From the NCBI GenBank assembly GCA_963666515.2, contig OY762897.2:3712001-3776000 (forward strand): 64,000 nucleotides of DNA. Direction: 5' to 3'. Made by a program: the position numbers and the translations under genes. The notes below the pieces were generated by a model. It did no database searches. It saw only the letters and a list, made by a program, of their open reading frames with translations, and was not told where the DNA came from. How positions within the stretch are numbered: the first letter of the stretch is position 1; every line of letters starts with the position of its first letter. The DNA comes from Candidatus Binatia bacterium (lineage in GTDB: Bacteria; Desulfobacterota; Binatia; UBA9968; JAJDTQ01). Of this stretch, positions 51,725 through 64,000 are shown in pieces.

Positions 51725-52647
51725 CAGAAGTATCCCTCCTGCTTCTTGCGCTCCATGGAGCCTTCCCCGTCGTGGTCGATGACGCGACCCTGGCGCTCGG
51801 AGTGCGTGGACGTCAACATCTCGCGGATGATAGCGGGCACGCTGCCGGCGTCCGACTCGATGGCGCCCGACAGCGGGTAGCAGCCCAGCGTGCGGAAACG
51901 CACCCGCTTCATCTCCGGCTCCTCGCCGGGCTCCAGCTCCATGCGCTCGTCGGCCACCATGATCAGCGTTCCCGATCGGCGCACCACCGGACGCCGGGCC
52001 GCGAAATAGAGCGGCACGACGGGGATGTCTTCCCGGTCGATGTAGTTCCAGACATCCAGCTCGGTCCAGTTGGAGAGCGGAAAGACGCGCATGGATTCGC
52101 CGTCGCGGACATGGGTGTTGTAGAGGCGCCAGAGTTCGGGGCGCTGGTTCTTGGGGTCCCAGCGATGCCCCCGCGTGCGCAGGGAGAACACGCGTTCCTT
52201 GGCCCGGGACATCTCCTCGTCGCGCCGCGCCCCCGCCAGCGCCGCATCGAAGCCGTGCCGGTCGAGCGCCTGCTTCAACGCCTGGGTCTTCATCACGTCG
52301 GTGTGGAGAGCCGACCCGTGGGTGAAAGGGTTGATGCCTTGAGCCAGTCCCTCTTCGTTCACGTGGACGATGATCTCCATTCCGGTCTCGCGCGCCATGC
52401 GGTCGCGGAACGCGTACATCTCCGGAAACTTCCAGGTGGTGTCCACGTGAAGCAGCGGGAAGGGCGGCGGCGCCGGATGGAACGCCTTCTGCGCCAACCG
52501 CACCAGGACCGAGCTGTCCTTGCCGATGGAGTAGAGCACGACCGGCTTCGAGAACGCGGCAGCCGCCTCGCGCATGATGTGAATCGACTCGGCCTCGAGC
52601 TCGTCGAGATGGCTGAGTCCTCTTCGTTGCGACATGGGTTCGTCCAT
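51724..52647 (-). CDS. cysD: Sulfate adenylyltransferase subunit 2
   Basis: [44 protein letters not shown]. Confidence 0.96.
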   Translation of the reverse strand: MDEPMSQRRGLSHLDELEAESIHIMREAAAAFSKPVVLYSIGKDSSVLVRLAQKAFHPAPPPFPLLHVDTTWKFPEMYAFRDRMARETGMEIIVHVNEEGLAQGINPFTHGSALHTDVMKTQALKQALDRHGFDAALAGARRDEEMSRAKERVFSLRTRGHRWDPKNQRPELWRLYNTHVRDGESMRVFPLSNWTELDVWNYIDREDIPVVPLYFAARRPVVRRSGTLIMVADERMELEPGEEPEMKRVRFRTLGCYPLSGAIESDAGSVPAIIREMLTSTHSERQGRVIDHDGEGSMERKKQEGYF

Positions 52648-52723
52648 TATCCTCTCGAAGCCGGGGTTGTCCACATTTGCAGGGTCCAGCACTGCGGGAG
52701 AGGCCGTCAACCGCCTTCGCCGG

Positions 52724-53995
52724 CTAGCCCTTCGGGTTGAAGAACGCCTTGGTGCCGCGGGCCTCCACCGCATGGCCGATGCGTTCGAGGGCGTGGACGT
52801 ACGCGGCCGTGCGCATGCTGACGGCCTTGTCCTTGGCTACTTCCCACACCCGCCGGGTCTCGGGCTCCAGGATGGCCTTGAGTTTCGCGTGCACCTCTTC
52901 CTCCGGCCAGTAGTAGCCTGCCTTGTTCTGCACCCACTCGAAGTAGGACACCGTCACCCCGCCCGAATTGGCCAGGATGTCGGGGATGACCAACGTGCCC
53001 TTCCCGTCGAGAATGGCGTCGCCCGCCGGGGAGACCGGGCCGTTGGCCAGCTCCAGGACGACCGGCGCCTTGATCCTGGCCGCGTTGGCTTCGGTGATCT
53101 GGCTCTCCACCGCCGCGGGGATCAGCACGTCGCACTCCGCTTCCAGCAGCGCCGCGTTGTCGAGCTGTCGCGCGGCGCCGTTCGTGGGGGCGCCGGCGAT
53201 GCTCCGGGTGCGGTCCTTGTGCTCCATCACCGCGTACGGATTCATGCCCTCGGGGTCGTAGAGGGCGGCCGTCGAGTCCGACAGGCCGACGATCCGGTAG
53301 CCGTCGTCGTGCAGCAGGCGCGCGCAGTGGAACGAGGCGTTGCCGAATCCCTGGAGGACGATCCGCGACTTCTCCGGGCTCACCTTCAACTCCTCCTTCA
53401 GGCGCCGCAGCACGTAGAAGCCGCCGCGGCCGGTGGCGTCGTCGCGCCCCAGCGAGCCGCCCAACTCCACCGGCTTGCCGGTGATGATGGCCGGGCTGGG
53501 ATGGCCGCTGATGGTGCCGTACTCGTCGGCCATCCAGGCCATGACGATGCCGTTGGTGTACATGTCGGGGGCGGGGATGTCCCGCTCGGGTCCGATGAAG
53601 CGCGAGAACGCCTCCACGTAGGACCGGCTCAGGCGCTCCAGCTCGGCACGGGACAGGGTCTTGACGTCCACCGCCACGCCGCCCTTGGCGCCACCGAAGG
53701 GGAGGTTCACGACCGCGCACTTGAAGGTCATCCAGAACGCCAGCGTCATCACCTCGTCCACGTTCACCGCGGGGTGGAAGCGGATGCCGCCCTTGGTGGG
53801 GCCGCGGGTGTCGTCATAGCGGCAGCGCCACGCCTTGAACGCCTTGCGCGAACCGTCGTCCATGCGCACCAGCAGGGTGGCGGCCAGCGTTTCCTTGGGA
53901 TACCGGAGCTGGTCGATGACTTCGCGCTCGATATCGAGATAGCGGGCGGCGTCTTCGAGGCGCTCCCGTGCGGTGGAAAAGAGATCGGTGGCCAT
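52724..53995 (-). CDS. gdhA: Glutamate dehydrogenase (Glu/Leu/Phe/Val family)
   Basis: [52 protein letters not shown]. Confidence 0.9.
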   Translation of the reverse strand: MATDLFSTARERLEDAARYLDIEREVIDQLRYPKETLAATLLVRMDDGSRKAFKAWRCRYDDTRGPTKGGIRFHPAVNVDEVMTLAFWMTFKCAVVNLPFGGAKGGVAVDVKTLSRAELERLSRSYVEAFSRFIGPERDIPAPDMYTNGIVMAWMADEYGTISGHPSPAIITGKPVELGGSLGRDDATGRGGFYVLRRLKEELKVSPEKSRIVLQGFGNASFHCARLLHDDGYRIVGLSDSTAALYDPEGMNPYAVMEHKDRTRSIAGAPTNGAARQLDNAALLEAECDVLIPAAVESQITEANAARIKAPVVLELANGPVSPAGDAILDGKGTLVIPDILANSGGVTVSYFEWVQNKAGYYWPEEEVHAKLKAILEPETRRVWEVAKDKAVSMRTAAYVHALERIGHAVEARGTKAFFNPKG

Positions 53996-54127
53996 GGACG
54001 TTCGCTCCTTTCAATTCTTTTGCTTGAATTTCCATACCTCTTTCGTCTTTCCTATTCGGGCAGTTGGAGTATACTGGATTGAGAATCGAGTATTGAGAAG
54101 AGTCACGACAAATATTGGAGGTGAGTC

Positions 54128-55567
54128 ATGAGCAAAGTCCCGTCGGAACCCGGCAACGAGCCCGGACGCGACCCGGGGATGATGGCCCTTCAGGCGGAGG
54201 AAGAAACCCTCACCCAAGAGGCGCCGATCTTTCCGTCCCAGCGCTACAAGGCGCTGTCGACCAAGCATCTCGACGAGATCACGCAACTCGAGAGCCTGCC
54301 CAGCGACGACCGGTTCGCCATGAAGGTGGTGGCCAACGTGCTGCCGTTCCGCTCCAACCGGTACGTGATCGACCATCTCATCGACTGGGACCGGGTCCCC
54401 GACGATCCGGTCTTCCAGATGACCTTTCCGCAGCAGGGGATGCTCGAGGAGGTCGACTTCCTGCGCATGGCCGACCTCTTGCGGCGCGACGCATCGGCAA
54501 ACGAGATCAAGGCCGGCGCCCACGAGATCCGCGAAAAGCTCAACCCGCACCCTGCCGGGCAGCGGGAGCTCAACATTCCCAAGGTGGCGCAGGAGACGAT
54601 TCACGGTCTTCAGCACAAGTACCGCGAGACCGTGCTGTTCTTCCCCAGCCAGGGGCAGACCTGCCATGCCTACTGCACCTTCTGCTTCCGCTGGGCGCAG
54701 TTCGTGGGCGACAACGAGCTCAAGATCGTCGCCAAGGAGGCGGACGGCCTGCATGACTATCTGGCCACGCATCCTGACGTCACCGACCTCCTGGTGACCG
54801 GCGGCGACCCCATGATCATGAAGACCGCGGTGTTCGCCAACTACCTGGAGCCGTTGGTGGACGACCCGCGGTTCGCTCACGTGCAGGACATCCGCATCGG
54901 CACCAAGGCCTTGACGTTCTGGCCCTACCGTTTCGTCGGCGACGAGGACGCGGACGACATGCTGCGCCTGCTGGAGAAGATCGTGAAGGCCGGCAAGCAC
55001 GTCGCCATCATGGCCCACTTCAACCACTGGAGGGAACTGGAGACCAACGTGGTCCGGGAGGCGATCCGCCGCCTGCGCGACGCCGGCGCGGTGATCCGCT
55101 GCCAGGCGCCGCTGCTCGCGCACATCAACGACTCCTCGGACGTGTGGATCCGCATGTGGGAGGAAGAGGTGCGGCTGGGGATGATCCCCTACTACATGTT
55201 CGTGGAACGCGACACCGGTGCCCGCAACTACTTCGAGGTGCCGCTGGAGCGCTGCTGCGACATTTTCCGGAACGCCTACAAGCACGTCTCCGGCCTGGCC
55301 CGCACCGTGCGCGGCCCGAGCATGAGCGCCACCCCGGGCAAGGTGGAGGTCCAGGACGTGCAGGAGATCGCCGGCGAGAAGGTGTTCATCCTCCGCTTCC
55401 TGCAGGGACGCAACCCCGACTGGGTCAGCCGGCCGTTCTACGCCGCCTACGACCCGGAGGCCACCTGGTTCGACCAGTTGCGCCCCGCCTTCGGCCAGGA
55501 GAAGTTCTTCTACACCGACGACTTCAACGCCATGGTCCAGGGGAGGTGGCCCACCACGAAGCACTGA
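54128..55567 (+). CDS. KamA family radical SAM aminomutase
   Basis: DP..Q..P, GLQHKYRETVL, CHAYCTFCFR, TGGDP, RIGTK, HFNH..E, PYYMF, GK (PLP Lys). Confidence 0.88.
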   Translation: MSKVPSEPGNEPGRDPGMMALQAEEETLTQEAPIFPSQRYKALSTKHLDEITQLESLPSDDRFAMKVVANVLPFRSNRYVIDHLIDWDRVPDDPVFQMTFPQQGMLEEVDFLRMADLLRRDASANEIKAGAHEIREKLNPHPAGQRELNIPKVAQETIHGLQHKYRETVLFFPSQGQTCHAYCTFCFRWAQFVGDNELKIVAKEADGLHDYLATHPDVTDLLVTGGDPMIMKTAVFANYLEPLVDDPRFAHVQDIRIGTKALTFWPYRFVGDEDADDMLRLLEKIVKAGKHVAIMAHFNHWRELETNVVREAIRRLRDAGAVIRCQAPLLAHINDSSDVWIRMWEEEVRLGMIPYYMFVERDTGARNYFEVPLERCCDIFRNAYKHVSGLARTVRGPSMSATPGKVEVQDVQEIAGEKVFILRFLQGRNPDWVSRPFYAAYDPEATWFDQLRPAFGQEKFFYTDDFNAMVQGRWPTTKH

Positions 55568-55584
55568 GCCCGCACGCCATCAGC

Positions 55585-55620
55585 GAAAGGGGGGCGGTGC
55601 ATGCACCGCCCCCCTTTCTT
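55585..55620. terminator. Bidirectional intrinsic terminator
   Basis: aaaggggggcggtgc-at-gcaccgcccccctttctt between convergent genes. Confidence 0.75.
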
Positions 55621-55652
55621 GTTCCGCCGGTAGACCAAGCCCTCGTCCCTGT

Positions 55653-56315
55653 TCAAGCGAGAGAATCGGCCACCTTGACAATCGCGGTTACCGTAAAGTC
55701 CCAAGCCGCAGCCTGCTGCGATAGAAATACCTGCGTCGCGGTATCCACGTTCTTGGCGTCGCCTTCCTCGAAGTAGGACAACGCCTTGACCGCCTCTGTC
55801 GGAGGGAACGGCGGTCCGTAAAGGGCGCCGGCCGCGCCAAGACCGTCCTTGAGCGGCACCCCGGATCGCAGAATGGCGGCCAGATCGACATAGTCGCGGG
55901 CAGCGACGCGTTGCAGCAGCACCTTGAGCTTGGTGCCGAACAGGTCCAACAGCGAGGCGACTCGCAACACTCCATCCTCCGTTAGCTCCGGATTCCCTAC
56001 GCGGCCCGTGTCGATGCCGCCGAAGAACGAGACCTTTACCGAATTCGTTGTACCCCCGTGCACGGTAGACAAAGTCAAGGTGTCGGGTTCCCTCTGGAGC
56101 ACATCGGCCCGTATCACGAAAGGGAGGCGGAATAGCGCATCGAAATCAATGGCGCCTGACGAGAAGAAGTCGAAGTCGACCGACGAGCGATGGCCCAATC
56201 GCAGCGCCAGAGCGGTACCGCCGTAAAGGACAAAGGAATCGGGAATGTCCGCGAGCACGGGCCATAGTTCCCGTTGCTCGTCGGGCAGAACGTCGAGAAA
56301 CGGCTTGAACGTCAC
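55653..56315 (-). CDS. AbiEii/AbiGii family nucleotidyltransferase toxin
   Basis: LYGGTALALRLGHRSSVDFDFF, K...R...RDYVD; GTG start overlapping the upstream stop. Confidence 0.88.
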   Translation of the reverse strand: MTFKPFLDVLPDEQRELWPVLADIPDSFVLYGGTALALRLGHRSSVDFDFFSSGAIDFDALFRLPFVIRADVLQREPDTLTLSTVHGGTTNSVKVSFFGGIDTGRVGNPELTEDGVLRVASLLDLFGTKLKVLLQRVAARDYVDLAAILRSGVPLKDGLGAAGALYGPPFPPTEAVKALSYFEEGDAKNVDTATQVFLSQQAAAWDFTVTAIVKVADSLA

Positions 56316-56650
56316 CGCGGGATCTCCCGCGGGAGACGCCGTGCCGGCAACTCGGGTGGTGGCGTCAAACCAAGGCGCAGGTGCCAGAAATTCCAGGAAC
56401 GGCGGTTGAAAATGCCGATGGGCGGGTCGCGCAGCACATCGCGCAGTTCGGAGGTGGAAACGCGGGCGAGCAGCCAGCGGACATCGGCGGCGGTGCCGAG
56501 GTTCATCATCTGCGCCAGGAAAAGCGACCGGTCTGCCAAGGCGCGTTCCGGCGGTTGCCACCAGACGTACTTTCTGGCCATGGACGGCGCGCGCTCGTCA
56601 CTGGTCAAACGGTCGGTGTTGCGCTCCTGGACGTGCTGCTTCGTGTCCAT
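56312..56650 (-). CDS. Small cognate antitoxin-like protein of the AbiEii pair
   Basis: ARKYVWWQ..., FLAQMMNLGTAADV, FNRRSWNFWHLRLG; translationally coupled to the toxin. Confidence 0.65.
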   Translation of the reverse strand: MDTKQHVQERNTDRLTSDERAPSMARKYVWWQPPERALADRSLFLAQMMNLGTAADVRWLLARVSTSELRDVLRDPPIGIFNRRSWNFWHLRLGLTPPPELPARRLPREIPR

Positions 56651-56757
56651 CAATACCAGAATGTAGGCTTCCAGCGCTGTTTGCAACAAGCATTGTACGG
56701 CCCGAAAAGCGCCGTCAGGAGGGAGCGGCCAAGCCGTGCCCCCGACTCGCCAAACGC

Positions 56758-61341
<4,584 letters not shown>

Positions 61342-61428
61342 TGCGGTAGAGTTTAGAGTCTGTCCGAGCCGTTGTCCATGATTCTGCTGTCACCTGGGAT
61401 GGGCGTGACCGTTTCGTTCACGCCGCAG

Positions 61429-61971
61429 ATGGAGAAGCGCCTCACCCAGCGCGCCGCGCGCATGCTCAAGCAGTCGCTGCGGCAGTTCCCCGAGTTGCGG
61501 AACCTGGAAGTCCGGGTCGGCCACACCAGGACCAAGCTCGGGGTCGCATTCATTCCCCGGCAGCTCCGGTTGCCGTTGTACATCCGCCTCCGGGTCCGCG
61601 GCCTGACCTACAACACCATCGGCCACGAGCTGACCCATCTGCTGCAAGGGCTGACGAAGCTGCCGCCGCCGGACGGCGCTCCCGCGTGGGAGCCTCTCCC
61701 CGTCGGCGAGACCCAGTGCGACATCTGGACCCTCGCCCGCAGCGAGCTGTTCTGCGACGACGCCCCCACCTATCTGCGGATGCCGCGCACGGTGCGCGAG
61801 AACTGGCGGCGCTACGCCCGCCGGGTGCGCTCCCTGTGCGTCGAGGCCATCCGCCAACGCCCGGTCCGCCGCACCTACATCCGCTGGCTCGAGTCGCGGA
61901 TCGCCGAGCTGCCGGAGCGCGCGCCCGCGTCGCGGCCAGATGCTCCGGAGCAGATGTCGTTGTCACTGTGA
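61429..61971 (+). CDS. Small HExxH zinc metallopeptidase-like protein
   Basis: TIGHELTHLLQG...GETQCDIW (zincin HExxH plus downstream E); ends QMSLSL. Confidence 0.6.
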   Translation: MEKRLTQRAARMLKQSLRQFPELRNLEVRVGHTRTKLGVAFIPRQLRLPLYIRLRVRGLTYNTIGHELTHLLQGLTKLPPPDGAPAWEPLPVGETQCDIWTLARSELFCDDAPTYLRMPRTVRENWRRYARRVRSLCVEAIRQRPVRRTYIRWLESRIAELPERAPASRPDAPEQMSLSL

Positions 61972-61980
61972 CGCACCGAA

Positions 61981-62082
61981 GTCATTCCGGCGAAAGCCGG
62001 AATCCAGGCGGGGTGGGGGCCGGGGCGACATGGCGTGGCACCCCTCCACCTCTCCTGGATTCCGGCTTTCGCCGGAATGACG
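61981..62082. repeat. Inverted pair of dRS3-like repeats (MITE-like, about 100 bp)
   Basis: gtcattccggcgaaagccggaatccag ... ctggattccggctttcgccggaatgacg between convergent genes. Confidence 0.85.
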
Positions 62083-62121
62083 GATTGGGGCCGGGACGAC
62101 GGTACGGCCTGTCGAGGGGGA

Positions 62122-63027
62122 TCAGCGGATGGCGTCGTCGTGGTACGAAACGTCGATATACTTCTCCGGCGGAGGCGGGGGAGAGGCGATGTAGCCCATG
62201 CCGGCCCTGAGATCGAGGGCGGCGGCGATGCCCGGGACGTTCAGCGCGGCCTTGGGGTAGAGGCCGTGGCGGGGGTCGAGCAACGCGTCCAGGGTCTCCT
62301 CGGCGGCGGTGCCGGTGAGCCCGTTGTGCCGCTCCAGTATGTCGAGGCAGCGGGACCGGTTTTCGGGCGCGAAGCACCATGCGGTGGCGGCCACGTAGCA
62401 GCGGATGTAGTCCACCAGGTGCGTGCGTTGCTCCTGCGCCCAGGAGCGCCGGGTCAGACCCACGGTCGCCTGATACACCGGCGCCATCTCCTCGCCCCGG
62501 GCGATGACGTGGCAGCCCCGCTCCAGGGCGGCTCCCACGAAAGGCGGCGTGAGCAGCGTGGCGTAAAGCTTCCCCGCGATGAGAGTCTCATAGCGGCTCT
62601 CCCAGCCGCCCACCTCCACCAACTCGTACTCGTCCGGGCCGAAGCCGTGGTCGCGCAGGGCCTTCTCCAGGATGAAGACGAAGCCGCTGTCGCGGGCGTC
62701 CACGGCCAGGGGCTTGCCGCGCAACGACTCCATGTCAGGACATCCCGGCGCGCCGACGAGGCTCAACAGGCCGCTGTGAAGCCCCATGAACGCGAAGACG
62801 TCGGAGCCGGACTGGTTCTCCACGTCGCAAACCACGTCGTCCGCGGCCGCGTGGCCGATGGTGCAGCGCCCCGTACGCACCGCCTCCACCAGATACGCGG
62901 AGCCCGGCGTGTACTCGACCTCCACGGCGAGCCCCGCGCCGGTGAAGATTCCGTGCTCCACCGCCGCGTGCACCGGCAGGTTGTAGGCGGCGCGGAACTG
63001 GATGAGCCGGATAGTCTCCAAGGTCAT
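62122..63027 (-). CDS. ABC substrate-binding protein, NMT1/THI5/SsuA-like
   Basis: NLPVHAAVEHGIF...GL.VE, LRGKPLAVD...SG, EVGG...R; ATGA overlap with the RND gene. Confidence 0.75.
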   Translation of the reverse strand: MTLETIRLIQFRAAYNLPVHAAVEHGIFTGAGLAVEVEYTPGSAYLVEAVRTGRCTIGHAAADDVVCDVENQSGSDVFAFMGLHSGLLSLVGAPGCPDMESLRGKPLAVDARDSGFVFILEKALRDHGFGPDEYELVEVGGWESRYETLIAGKLYATLLTPPFVGAALERGCHVIARGEEMAPVYQATVGLTRRSWAQEQRTHLVDYIRCYVAATAWCFAPENRSRCLDILERHNGLTGTAAEETLDALLDPRHGLYPKAALNVPGIAAALDLRAGMGYIASPPPPPEKYIDVSYHDDAIR

Positions 63028-64000
63028 TCGTTGCGTCCATCGACGATCATCACAAGCGCCGGCAGGAGGAACAGGATGAAGATCGTCGACAAGACGAGCC
63101 CGCCCAACATGCTGACCACGAACGGCACCAGGAAGATCAGCTCGTCGCCGCGTTCGTAGAGCAGCGGCGACAGTCCCACCACCGTGGTCAGGCTGGTCAG
63201 CAGCACCGCGCGGAAACGGTGGCGGGTGGCCGCGGACGCCGCGGCGATGGCCGGAATCATGTCGTCTTCCCGGCGGAGCTGGTTGTAACGGTCCAGCAGA
63301 ACCAGCGCGTCGTTCACGATGATCCCGCCCACCGCCACGATGCCGAACAGCGACATGGCGGAGAAGTCCCACCCGAGGACCCAGTGGGTCAGCACCGCTC
63401 CGGCGAACGACACGGGAATGCCCACCACGGCCACCAGGGGTTTCCAGTAGCTGCGCAGGAACGCCGCCATCAGCGCGTACATGGCCAGCAGCACGACGGG
63501 GACCAGCACCCCCAGCGTTCCCAGCAGCTCCCTCTCGTCGCGGGCGGCCCCGTCGGGCTCGATCTTCAGGCCGGGGTATTTGGCCAGCAATCCGGGGATG
63601 ATTTCGTCCCGGGCTGCGCGCCTGGCCTGGCGGGGTGTGGTGACGACGGCGTCGGTGCGCGCGTCCACGAACGCGGCCTTCTTGCCGTCGATCCGGGTCA
63701 ACGTCGTCAACTCGCGCGTCTCGATGAGCGTAGCCACGGTGGAAAGAGGAACCTCGCCGCTGCCCGCCCGGCCGCGGTCCCGGCCTCGCCGCCCGCCGCC
63801 GCTCGCGCCCCCGCCGCTCGGCCGGCGGATGCGTTCGCCGGCCAGTTCCCCCAGGCTTCGCCGGCGTTCCGCCGGGTACCGGACCACCACCTTGATTTCC
63901 TCCCGGCCGCGCTGAATCCGCTGGACCTCCACGCCGTGGAAATTGGCGCGCAACTGGGCGCCGATGGCCGCGGGCGTCAATCCCGCCGCCTTCCCGGCCG
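63024..64000 (-). CDS. RND efflux transporter permease (AcrB/AcrD/AcrF family), C-terminal part
   Basis: RIQRGREE, VPLSTVA, SYWKPL....IP, GIVAVGGIIVNDALVL, RFRAVLLTSLTT..GL.PL. Confidence 0.9.
   Translation of the reverse strand, partial: AGKAAGLTPAAIGAQLRANFHGVEVQRIQRGREEIKVVVRYPAERRRSLGELAGERIRRPSGGGASGGGRRGRDRGRAGSGEVPLSTVATLIETRELTTLTRIDGKKAAFVDARTDAVVTTPRQARRAARDEIIPGLLAKYPGLKIEPDGAARDERELLGTLGVLVPVVLLAMYALMAAFLRSYWKPLVAVVGIPVSFAGAVLTHWVLGWDFSAMSLFGIVAVGGIIVNDALVLLDRYNQLRREDDMIPAIAAASAATRHRFRAVLLTSLTTVVGLSPLLYERGDELIFLVPFVVSMLGGLVLSTIFILFLLPALVMIVDGRNE

Noticed and set aside
49817-55567. Secondary-metabolite cluster (cysDNC + KamA)
   Set aside because: No sulfotransferase, NRPS/PKS, ligase or precursor peptide nearby

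Overview
High-GC (roughly 65-70% by eye) bacterial chromosome segment, densely coding. It has about 63 CDS, one tRNA-Gly(CCC), and no rRNA, CRISPR array, integrase or transposase. Gene content (lpxA, lnt, TAXI-TRAP, three Amidohydro_2 paralogues, F420/PPOX and ComDE-like enzymes) fits a diderm, deltaproteobacteria/Binatia-like organism, but that taxonomy is inference only. Housekeeping genes (gpmI, polA, eno, ftsB, rnd, purH/D/E, alr, cysD/cysNC, gdhA, lhr) alternate with accessory modules. The strongest leads are: (1) a low-GC two-gene insert between purH and purD, encoding an unknown membrane-anchored protein with an internal RBS and a membrane-anchored degenerate PD-(D/E)xK-like protein; (2) an RpiR-regulated MlrC + fold-III PLP enzyme + Dpp transporter + KdgK + Eda cluster that reads as a catabolic pathway for an N-acylated amino-sugar acid; (3) three families of short palindromic repeats, one copy translated in frame inside Lhr, plus other in-frame insertions in core enzymes; (4) a KamA-family radical SAM enzyme divergent from a glutamate dehydrogenase, possibly a glutamate aminomutase; (5) a small HExxH protein with a clamp-motif-like tail, divergent from Lhr. 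All calls come from reading motifs by eye; no database search was run.
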